DNA from: a plasmid
Length of the DNA: 64,000 nucleotides
Sequence record: NZ_CP069398.1
Reading direction: 5' to 3' (one strand)
Each line of letters begins with the position of its first letter. The stretch's first letter is position 1. This document shows positions 1 through 7,650 of the stretch, piece by piece. The notes below the pieces were generated by a model. The model did not search any database and was not told where the DNA came from. It saw only the letters and a list, made by a program, of their open reading frames with translations. Both the position numbers and the translations under genes were made by a program.

Positions 1-200
1 AATGGTAAATATATGATATATATGTACTTTATTACTTATAATTCAAATAATATCCAATAATTTAGGTCTTAAATATTGGATATAAAAGGAATGTGGGTTC
101 ATGTAAATCGGAACACAAGTTTGATATCATGAAAAAGAATACAAAAATTCAACAAAAAACTAAAATATATCTAATTTTTAGGTCGTAGGGAGAAATTGAT

Positions 201-1181
201 TTGTTATTTTCAAAACTTATAGATCATTACGCTTTAAATGATTTGCATAAAGACCGAAGCGAGGAGTATCAATACTATATTGATTCTGCTCATATACCAA
301 TAAATATAGATAGAGAAACTTTTTTTGAAGTACCAGCATCACTTTCAGATATTGGATTGAACATAACTTCTAAAGACAAAGGATATAGCATAGGTGAGTT
401 TGGATTTGAAAGTTTGATACCTTCTGGGGATGATCTGAATGACTACGTAAGAGGAGAGGCTTACTTAAATGAATCTGAAAGTAAGCCTAATGTTATTTTT
501 GTACATGGTTGGCGAATGAAAGGATTTGATCGGGTAAAGAAGATTTTTCATAGTTCGATTATGAATAACTTAGGATGGAATATGTACTACTATACGCTTC
601 CTTACCACTTGGAACGTCAGCCAGAGACATCACTTTATAGTGGCGAATTTATGGTTAGTGCCAACATTAATAGGACCGTTGAATCTACTAGACAAGCGAT
701 TGTTGATCTCAGGGCGTTGATCCAATGGATAAAAAATAACAAACAAGGTCCTGTAATTATAATAGGTGTTAGTCTTGGTGGCTTTATCTCAAATTTAGTT
801 GCTACACTTGAGTCAGAAATCGATGCATTAGTTTCTATATTCTATTCTAATCGCCTCAGTTATTCGATATGGAATACGATTCCCGGTAAGTATATAAGAC
901 AGGACTTAGAGGCTCATGGTGTGAATTATAACGATCTAGTTAAATATTGGGAATTAACCGAACCAAATCAAGCTACTCCAAAAATGAATAAAGATAATAT
1001 ACTACTGATTTCTGCTAAACACGATCAATACGTTCACATTCAAGATGCAGATCTGTTATGGGAATCGTGGAGGAAGCCTACACGGTATGTCTACAATTGT
1101 GGGCATGCAGGCATAGTTCTTAAACGAAAAAAAATTGCAAAGGATACCATTTCGTTTCTACAAAATAAGCTAAAGAGGTAA
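201..1181 (+). CDS. alpha/beta-fold hydrolase
   Basis: The 326-aa ORF starts at a TTG preceded by AGGGAG. It contains HGW...GFDR and a nucleophile-elbow GVSLGG (GxSxG) motif. No signal peptide was seen. Confidence 0.6.
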   Translation: MLFSKLIDHYALNDLHKDRSEEYQYYIDSAHIPINIDRETFFEVPASLSDIGLNITSKDKGYSIGEFGFESLIPSGDDLNDYVRGEAYLNESESKPNVIFVHGWRMKGFDRVKKIFHSSIMNNLGWNMYYYTLPYHLERQPETSLYSGEFMVSANINRTVESTRQAIVDLRALIQWIKNNKQGPVIIIGVSLGGFISNLVATLESEIDALVSIFYSNRLSYSIWNTIPGKYIRQDLEAHGVNYNDLVKYWELTEPNQATPKMNKDNILLISAKHDQYVHIQDADLLWESWRKPTRYVYNCGHAGIVLKRKKIAKDTISFLQNKLKR

Positions 1182-1188
1182 TTAACAT

Positions 1189-2583
1189 ATGTTTATGTTT
1201 ATAATGGTGGCTTTACTGTGGTTAATGAGTTCAATTCTTTTTTTTAGAAATCCTCAAAATGAGAAAATTAGATGGGCAAGTGTTATAGGGTTTTGTGGGG
1301 GCTTTGGAGGAATAGGGGCCTTACTAGGAAAAGGGATAGATAGACCAGAGTGGATATTACACTTGGATGGAATATTTACATCAATAGGACACTATTTTAC
1401 TCCATATGGTATGTTGATTTTTGGAATAGTTTATTCAGATCTCATTGGTAATGTCCGAAAGAGAAATATATTAAAGCTACTTTTACTAATTCCGATTTTC
1501 ATTATGTATTCTATGTTTCAAGTATATCCAGAGTTTAGAGTTGATTTTCGTATTTTAGCGATTTGGGTAGCACCATATGTGATAGCAGCTAATATTTTAT
1601 TGATATACTCCGCATGGCGAGAAGATCGTCCAATTATTAAGAGAAGAAAAATACTGACTTGTGTATTTGTAGTTCCGATGTTTACATTTGCACTAACTAC
1701 AAATATTATCTTAGAAGCATTGGGGATTGTGGGCGTATGGCGTTATAATCCTTGGATTATTGTAATCCAATTTCTTGTATTTGTTTACTTTGGAGTTAAG
1801 TATGGAATTCTTGGAGTGCGGATTAGATTTGAAAAAGAAATGCGTGATTCTACAATGAAAGCAGCGCGTTCTGGTACAGCATTGTTCAACCATACAATAA
1901 AAAATGAAATAGCTAAAATTGATTTGTTAGTGAATCAGATCAAAGAACAGATTCCACCTGAAGAAAAGTCAGCTGAAAATCTAGGGTTAGTTTTAAATTC
2001 AACGAATCACGTTTTAGAGCTTTCAAGGCGTATTCAAAGTAAGTTGGATGTTATAGATCTTAAAGAATCTGAATTTTCTCTAACTGAAAGTATCGATTCA
2101 GCAATTAACTTGCTTAAACCTTACTTGAATATGAATCCTGATATTACAATCATTAAGCAGTATGAAGTTGATGCTATAGTCTTTGGTGATACCGAACAAT
2201 TACAAGAAACTTATTTAAATATAATCAAAAATGCCAGTGAGGCAATGAATGGTCAAGGTGTAATTTTAATAAAAGTCTACAAAACTCGAAAGAAGATTCA
2301 TATTGACTTTATAGATGAGGGTAAAGGAATTGGAAAAGATGAGCTTACTCGCGTGTTAGATCCATTTTATTCAACAAAACATAATCAAACAAATTTTGGG
2401 CTTGGCTTAACCTATTGTTACAATGTCCTCAAAAACCATGGTGGCGATATTTTAGTGAAAAGTAAAGTCGAAAAAGGAACAACTTTTACATTAACTTTGC
2501 CTTCCAAGAGAATTATTGAATTTAGGGTAAATGAACAATCTAACTCTAAACTAGTAGGAGAGAATAGCCTATGGACAAAATAA
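1189..2583 (+). CDS. membrane sensor histidine kinase with a polytopic N-terminus
   Basis: The N-terminal ~200 aa carry 5-6 hydrophobic helices and no large extracytoplasmic domain. The H-box region is FNHTIKNEIAKI. The C-terminal GHKL ATPase motifs are NIIKNASEA, DEGKGI and GLGLTYC...GTTFTLTLP. Confidence 0.75.
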   Translation: MFMFIMVALLWLMSSILFFRNPQNEKIRWASVIGFCGGFGGIGALLGKGIDRPEWILHLDGIFTSIGHYFTPYGMLIFGIVYSDLIGNVRKRNILKLLLLIPIFIMYSMFQVYPEFRVDFRILAIWVAPYVIAANILLIYSAWREDRPIIKRRKILTCVFVVPMFTFALTTNIILEALGIVGVWRYNPWIIVIQFLVFVYFGVKYGILGVRIRFEKEMRDSTMKAARSGTALFNHTIKNEIAKIDLLVNQIKEQIPPEEKSAENLGLVLNSTNHVLELSRRIQSKLDVIDLKESEFSLTESIDSAINLLKPYLNMNPDITIIKQYEVDAIVFGDTEQLQETYLNIIKNASEAMNGQGVILIKVYKTRKKIHIDFIDEGKGIGKDELTRVLDPFYSTKHNQTNFGLGLTYCYNVLKNHGGDILVKSKVEKGTTFTLTLPSKRIIEFRVNEQSNSKLVGENSLWTK

Positions 2584-3158
2584 AATTAATGATTGTAGAA
2601 GATGATCCTGTTTGGATGCAGTGTATAAGTGATTATATAGAAAAAGAGAATGATATTATTGTTGTTAAACAAGCTTACAACAAAGAAGAAGCCTTACAAG
2701 TTGATTATAATAATATTGATGTAGTTTTATTGGATTTAACGTTATTAAAAGATGAGGGTGACGAAGAAAACCTAAGTGGTCTTGAAGTCGCTAGGCATTT
2801 ATACAAAAAAGGTTTAAAGAAAACTATTATGCTAACATCTTGGGATGAAAAGGATATTATACTTGAATGCTTTGATACAGGGGTTGTTAATTACTTAACA
2901 AAAACATCTTATAGAGATATCCCTGACGCTATTAGAGAGGCGTTTAGAGGAAAAGTTAGCCTCCATGCCGATGTCACAAATGTATTAGTTGGAGAGTTAA
3001 GGAAAGAAAGAAAAGTAAAGATATTAACACCAACAGAACGTGAAGTTTATACCTTAAGGGAACAAGGATTAAATAAATCACAAATTGCTGACAAATTATA
3101 TAAATCTGTCGAGACAATAAAAAGACAATTAAGAATTATAAAAAGCAAAATGGAGTGA
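2571..3158 (+). CDS. response regulator with REC domain and LuxR/NarL-type HTH
   Basis: The N-terminus has MIVEDD...VVLLDLTL with an acidic pocket and phospho-acceptor Asp. The C-terminus has LTPTEREVYTLREQGLNKSQIADKLYKSVETIKRQL, a LuxR-type HTH. Its start overlaps the kinase stop, suggesting translational coupling. Confidence 0.8.
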   Translation: MDKIKLMIVEDDPVWMQCISDYIEKENDIIVVKQAYNKEEALQVDYNNIDVVLLDLTLLKDEGDEENLSGLEVARHLYKKGLKKTIMLTSWDEKDIILECFDTGVVNYLTKTSYRDIPDAIREAFRGKVSLHADVTNVLVGELRKERKVKILTPTEREVYTLREQGLNKSQIADKLYKSVETIKRQLRIIKSKME

Positions 3159-3331
3159 GAAGTTAGTTTGTAGCTAATTTTTCATTGCATTTTGCTTTTT
3201 TTATGTTTTTGAGAACCACAATCTATAAAAAGAAGGTTGTATATTATACCACACCTATGATTATTTGAGGAGGGGTATTTTTTTGACCCTCCCTTAAAAG
3301 TATTAAGTCCTGTAACATTTAAATTACATAA

Positions 3332-3742
3332 TCAATCATTATTTATTATCGAATTTAGGTGATTGGATAAATGTCTTTTTTGATTAGGGGTTAATTTATT
3401 CAGTGTTCTTAAGAGCGACATATCGTTTATAACAAGAGTTTCTGTTACTTCAATATCTTCAGAAGATAACCTATCTAATATAAGTGCGATGCGTTCATTA
3501 TGAACCTGAGGAACATTTAAATTTTCACTCTGCTCAGAAGGTAATATGTCGTAAAGGGTAATGCCTAATACATCACAGATATTTAGCATTGATTCAAATG
3601 TGCCAAATCTTGTTCCTCGTTCAATAGCACTAATAGTAGTCTGAGAAGTGTTAGATAACTTGCCTAATTCAATGGTGGTCATACCTAGGCTTTTACGATA
3701 CTCTTTAATTTTTGTACCAATATATTTTTTTAGCTCATCCAT
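3332..3742 (-). CDS. XRE-family HTH repressor (cI/ImmR-like element repressor candidate)
   Basis: It has the N-terminal HTH ...LGMTTIELGKLSNTSQTTISAIERG and a C-terminal extension. It is transcribed divergently from a small Cro-like XRE gene. Confidence 0.7.
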   Translation of the reverse strand: MDELKKYIGTKIKEYRKSLGMTTIELGKLSNTSQTTISAIERGTRFGTFESMLNICDVLGITLYDILPSEQSENLNVPQVHNERIALILDRLSSEDIEVTETLVINDMSLLRTLNKLTPNQKRHLSNHLNSIINND

Positions 3743-3844
3743 AATTATCTATCTACTTTCCTTAGATTTATTTATTAATTTTATCAAAATAAATAGTTAT
3801 TGTGAAATTAACCGTAAAAATTTAAAATTTTTTGGGTAAAAAAT

Positions 3845-3873
3845 GTTTACAACTTATTCGATAAAGAATATAA
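3845..3873 (+). promoter_or_regulatory. sigma-A-like promoter for the Cro-like gene
   Basis: TTTACA and TATAAT are separated by a 17-nt spacer in the divergent intergenic region. The site lies 14 nt upstream of the CDS. Confidence 0.45.
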
Positions 3874-3886
3874 TGTAATCAAGGAG

Positions 3887-4102
3887 GTGCTGGAAATAAA
3901 GACCATAAAAGAAAAGAGGTTGGAGAAAAAGTGGAGTCAAACCTATCTAGCTCAATTGTCGGGAGTCCCGCAACCTACTATTTCTCAAATCGAAAATGGG
4001 ACTCGTCAATATCCAACGTTTGAAAATATGAAGAAGATCGCAGAGGCATTGGATCTTAAGTTAGAAGATATTTTCTTACCAAGTCACAAGGATATGAACT
4101 AA
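3887..4102 (+). CDS. small XRE-family HTH protein (Cro-like)
   Basis: The 71-aa product has the HTH WSQTYLAQLSGVPQPTISQIENG. The GTG start is uncertain because the RBS AAGGAGG abuts it; an in-frame TTG at 3920 is an alternative. Confidence 0.6.
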   Translation: MLEIKTIKEKRLEKKWSQTYLAQLSGVPQPTISQIENGTRQYPTFENMKKIAEALDLKLEDIFLPSHKDMN

Positions 4103-4133
4103 GTTTTAGAATACTTAACGAGGGGCGATGAAC

Positions 4134-4382
4134 ATGGAAGCACAAAAGCGACTAGCATTCTATGATATATCAGACGCACGGGCGAAAAGTGCCAAAACCT
4201 TTGATGGAAAGTTGTATACGTTAAAAGGAGGGGTAGCTGTAGAAAAAGGAACGGGCGATATCAAACGTGTAGCTGATATTTATTATGAAGTACGTTCAGT
4301 AATGGATCAGGCCCATACCATCGTCGCCAAGCGAAGAAAGAAAGATGAGGAATTGAAGGAAGTTTTACAAAAGACCTGCTAG
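4134..4382 (+). CDS. hypothetical protein
   Basis: An ORF with an ATG at 4134 after GAGGGG. No recognisable motif. Confidence 0.35.
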   Translation: MEAQKRLAFYDISDARAKSAKTFDGKLYTLKGGVAVEKGTGDIKRVADIYYEVRSVMDQAHTIVAKRRKKDEELKEVLQKTC

Positions 4383-4395
4383 TTCTTAGATGCAG

Positions 4396-4834
4396 CATAC
4401 AAGCGATTTTGAAACGTGCCGAGAGCACGAGAAGTGGTACCTTGATAATCTTATATTGCGTGCCTCCCCTAAACGGATCACAAGGGGGTTAAGGTATACG
4501 ATAACGAAAAGGTTCGATGAGTGCGTCCTAAAACTCATCGGTGATCTAGCACCAAAACAGTGACGGTGTATCCATGATCTGTGAAGAGTGATGGCGTGAG
4601 GGTAACTCCGAAGAAGCGACAACACTCTAATCGGTAGATACACGAGGTTCTTCGTACATGCCGAAAACGTTGTGCATTATTGGGCTTAGTGAAAACTATG
4701 CATGCCAATATAGGGTTTTCCCTTCCAGCCAGAAACGGGTATATATTTCCTTTCATAGCCTTGAAAAGACAGAGATGATCGTTAAACATATGGTAAAATA
4801 TTACTTTCGGTAGGTTTCAGAATCGCTTGTTATG
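4396..4834. other. structured non-coding segment bracketed by ~20-bp imperfect inverted repeats (MITE or ncRNA candidate)
   Basis: The segment has elevated GC and no plausible ORF. It contains many local hairpins, for example GATGAGT-N10-ACTCATC. CATACAAGCGATTTTGAAAC at 4396-4415 is inverted relative to GTTTCAGAATCGCTTGTTATG at 4814-4834 (about 19/21 matches). Confidence 0.4.
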
Positions 4835-4858
4835 TCTGAATATTAAGAACAAAGGAGA

Positions 4859-5329
4859 ATGGTTATGAAAAACAAAAAATGGTTAATTTCTGCGGTTGCA
4901 GGAATCGTTGTGGCTCTAGGAATAGGCGCAGCGTTTGTCTCTTCCTACAATTCAAGTGAAGTGAAAGGAAATGGTGAACTAGAAGAATTAAGTCCTCTTC
5001 AAATGAAGAAATTTATGAAAGAAGATGGCACAGGATTTGTTCTCTATTCTTTCAATGCAAACAAACGAGAAGTAAATATGAATGAGGTAAAAAAAGCTTT
5101 AAAGGAAAATGAAGTTGATGGTAAAGAGTTAGATAGTAATCATCCTCAATACGATCACACAAAAAATCAAATGGACTATGGTTTAAGTCAGGATGGGGAA
5201 ACACTTGCTGTTTATAAGGAAGGAAAGTTAAAACAACAGATTGATTTAGATGAGTATGACTCATCCCAGTTAGAAACAGAACTTTCTCATTTTATTGAAA
5301 CATCCAAAGAACTGTATTTCGAAGAATAA
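4859..5329 (+). CDS. membrane-anchored hypothetical protein
   Basis: N-terminal signal anchor KKWLISAVAGIVVALGIGAAFV followed by a charged domain. Confidence 0.5.
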   Translation: MVMKNKKWLISAVAGIVVALGIGAAFVSSYNSSEVKGNGELEELSPLQMKKFMKEDGTGFVLYSFNANKREVNMNEVKKALKENEVDGKELDSNHPQYDHTKNQMDYGLSQDGETLAVYKEGKLKQQIDLDEYDSSQLETELSHFIETSKELYFEE

Positions 5330-5357
5330 GAGATTTGCTTTGAAAGGTGGTGGTATC

Positions 5358-5606
5358 TTGACGATCTCCCAAAAGGAATTAAAGAAATCAAAAGATCTTG
5401 TGGAAAAGTTGTTGAAAGTGAATGGAAACAAATACAACGACTGGTTACATCAACAACACCAACAGTTTATTGAAGAAAATCAGGATTTAATTCTTCAAGC
5501 ATTAAGCGCCTTTACAGGTGAAGAAGAGGAGGAGGAGAAAAGCGAACCAAAAGTAGCTGAACCAGTTCCTGTAAGACCACAAAGCATTCCAGTAACGCAA
5601 AACTAA
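5358..5606 (+). CDS. hypothetical protein
   Basis: The TTG start at 5358 follows AAAGGTGGTG. An acidic stretch EEEEEEK is followed by a Pro-rich C-terminus. Confidence 0.4.
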   Translation: MTISQKELKKSKDLVEKLLKVNGNKYNDWLHQQHQQFIEENQDLILQALSAFTGEEEEEEKSEPKVAEPVPVRPQSIPVTQN

Positions 5607-5627
5607 TGAAAAAGAGGAGTGAAATAC

Positions 5628-5933
5628 ATGTTAGATTTATTAAATAGCGTGGATGTGACGCAGTTAACTTCGCATTTAACCCTTGGGGCGGCTGATGGCA
5701 TGAATGGCCTCATCGAAAGTGGAAAGTCTATTATCAAGTGGATGCAGCGTATTGCAATGGTTGCCGCAGCTCTTGCCTTTTGTGTAGGAGGCTATCACTT
5801 AATTTTAGGTGGAGAACGAGGTCGTCATAAATGTATCGCATGGTTTGTTGGTGGCGCAGTTGGGTTAGTAGTTGTAATGGGTGCTTATGCATTAGCCGAA
5901 GGTGTAAATACAAATATCCGATTCGGAAGCTAA
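5628..5933 (+). CDS. small two-TM membrane protein (possible VirB2/TrbC-like T4SS component)
   Basis: The ATG at 5628 lies 8 nt after GAGGAG. Two hydrophobic helices occupy the C-terminal half. The gene sits at the head of the transfer-gene block. Confidence 0.35.
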   Translation: MLDLLNSVDVTQLTSHLTLGAADGMNGLIESGKSIIKWMQRIAMVAAALAFCVGGYHLILGGERGRHKCIAWFVGGAVGLVVVMGAYALAEGVNTNIRFGS

Positions 5934-6000
5934 GAAAGCTATACAGTTGATTGTATAGCTTTTTTCTATGCTCATTTTTAGACGAAAGGAATGGAGAAAC

Positions 6001-7125
6001 ATGCTATCTGTCATGTTTATAAAAAGTGAGGCAAAAGAGTTAAAGCCATTTCAAAAGTTATCGATTCCAGAAGCATGCGAGATAACAGAAACAGTAGAAA
6101 CACAGTATCAACGTACTAGAAAAAAGACTCATGCGGATTTTTTCATCCTTGATGAAGAGGATCATGAGGTATATGCAGGGACGTTATCCATTGGATCAGG
6201 TCTTGCTCGTCATGTAGTCGATCATATCAAGAAAAAGTTAGACAGTTTAAAAATGGACGATATACAGGAAGCTCGAAAGAGAAGTTTTCTTGAACAATTG
6301 GAAAAGGAAGTACCGGACCATCTGAAAATAACAGATGGTTCGTTTTCTTTAGAGGAAGAAACAGAGGATCATGTGCAAACGAGTCAAACACCTGTCCTTT
6401 TTACTCGTAATCGAAGGTTGATTTATGGAGGGGGGATTTTATCCCTTCTTATCCTTTCAGCAACATGTTTTTCAACAGTGGCTACTTCCCAAGATCGAGC
6501 TGAAACCATTCAAGATTTACAAAAGCAAGTCAAACTAGAACAAAAAATAACAGGAACTTATGAAAGAGCGCTCTTAGGGGATTCAAAAGGAGCTTTAAAA
6601 CGACTTTCTTCTATTGATGAACAAAGCCTTACGAAAGAACAAAAAAACGTTTATATGAGCCTTCTCGTCGATCAAAAAAAGTATAAAGAAGCTGTTCAGC
6701 TTCAGGGAAACCATCCAGAAGTAGTGGAAAGCATGATTTCAAAGAAGGGAGATGTCAATGCGTTAAAAGAGTTTCAACAAACGTTTCCTTCTCCAAATGG
6801 AGCATTTGATCTTGCCTATCACGAACAACGATGGGAAGATATGATGCGTCAATCAGGAGTGGAAATGACTGATAAACGTTATGAAATGAAGGCTTATGGA
6901 TACTTGAAGCTTGATAAAGTAAAGGAGGCCAAAGAGGAGGCAGCTCATATCCATAACCAAGACTTGAATCAAAAAATAGAAGCCTATGAGAAAACAAAGA
7001 AGGAGGTAGAAGAGACGAAAAAACAAGTGGAGGAGGAAAAGAAGAAAGATCCAAAAGATGAAAAGAAACTACAATCTTTAACGGATCAGCAGAAGAAACA
7101 AGAAGAACTCCTAAAAAATCTATAA
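6001..7125 (+). CDS. membrane-anchored coiled-coil protein, hypothetical (transfer region)
   Basis: One TM helix, ILSLLILSATCFSTVATS, and a Lys/Glu-rich coiled-coil C-terminus. Confidence 0.45.
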   Translation: MLSVMFIKSEAKELKPFQKLSIPEACEITETVETQYQRTRKKTHADFFILDEEDHEVYAGTLSIGSGLARHVVDHIKKKLDSLKMDDIQEARKRSFLEQLEKEVPDHLKITDGSFSLEEETEDHVQTSQTPVLFTRNRRLIYGGGILSLLILSATCFSTVATSQDRAETIQDLQKQVKLEQKITGTYERALLGDSKGALKRLSSIDEQSLTKEQKNVYMSLLVDQKKYKEAVQLQGNHPEVVESMISKKGDVNALKEFQQTFPSPNGAFDLAYHEQRWEDMMRQSGVEMTDKRYEMKAYGYLKLDKVKEAKEEAAHIHNQDLNQKIEAYEKTKKEVEETKKQVEEEKKKDPKDEKKLQSLTDQQKKQEELLKNL

Positions 7126-7140
7126 GAAAGGATGAACAGA

Positions 7141-7650
7141 ATGTATACACAAACGAAAGTGAAAAACCAGAAGCAAGCCTTTGTCGTAGGGGTTGAGTAC
7201 TATGAAGAAGACTTATTTTTGGAAATCGAATTAGGCAGCTTTTACACAACACAACTCCATGCCCAACGTATTGCGAACAGTGTTCATAATGTCATTCTTT
7301 TAGAAAATCAGATTGTTATTATCTTTAAAAATGCCGATTCAATCAGTCTTACAGATGATTTTCTGAAATATGCGTTCAAGTTTCGATTATGCACGAAACC
7401 AACGATGCCACCTCTTGATATCTCCAAGCTCACTCAACAAGAAAAAGACGACTTAGTTTGTAATGAAGCCTATATGGTGACAGAAGAGGATATGAAAGAG
7501 GTACAATGGAATATTAACACGGCTTTTCGTTACCTTCAGTATAAGTATGAGGCAAGAGATCGAACCTTCTTTTCCCTTTCATCAAGTGCCTATTATGTCA
7601 TTCCTACTTCTGAAGAGATTGACCAGGAGGGAATGAGAAATGCAACCTAA
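7141..7650 (+). CDS. hypothetical protein
   Basis: ORF with an RBS. No recognisable motifs. Confidence 0.4.
   Translation: MYTQTKVKNQKQAFVVGVEYYEEDLFLEIELGSFYTTQLHAQRIANSVHNVILLENQIVIIFKNADSISLTDDFLKYAFKFRLCTKPTMPPLDISKLTQQEKDDLVCNEAYMVTEEDMKEVQWNINTAFRYLQYKYEARDRTFFSLSSSAYYVIPTSEEIDQEGMRNAT

Noticed and set aside
4507-4517. tRNA T-loop-like GGTTCGATGAG
   Set aside because: No acceptor stem or anticodon arm can be built around it. No convincing tRNA is present in the window.
4503-4520. GTGCGTCC, identical to the 5' end of the group II intron at 23799
   Set aside because: No domain V-like sequence or RT ORF follows. The match is confined to 8 nt inside a local hairpin.
4386-4789. Minus-strand ORFs of 85 and 84 aa in the structured segment
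   Set aside because: Their Cys/Arg/His-rich composition comes from GC-rich non-coding sequence. They overlap one another and have no RBS.
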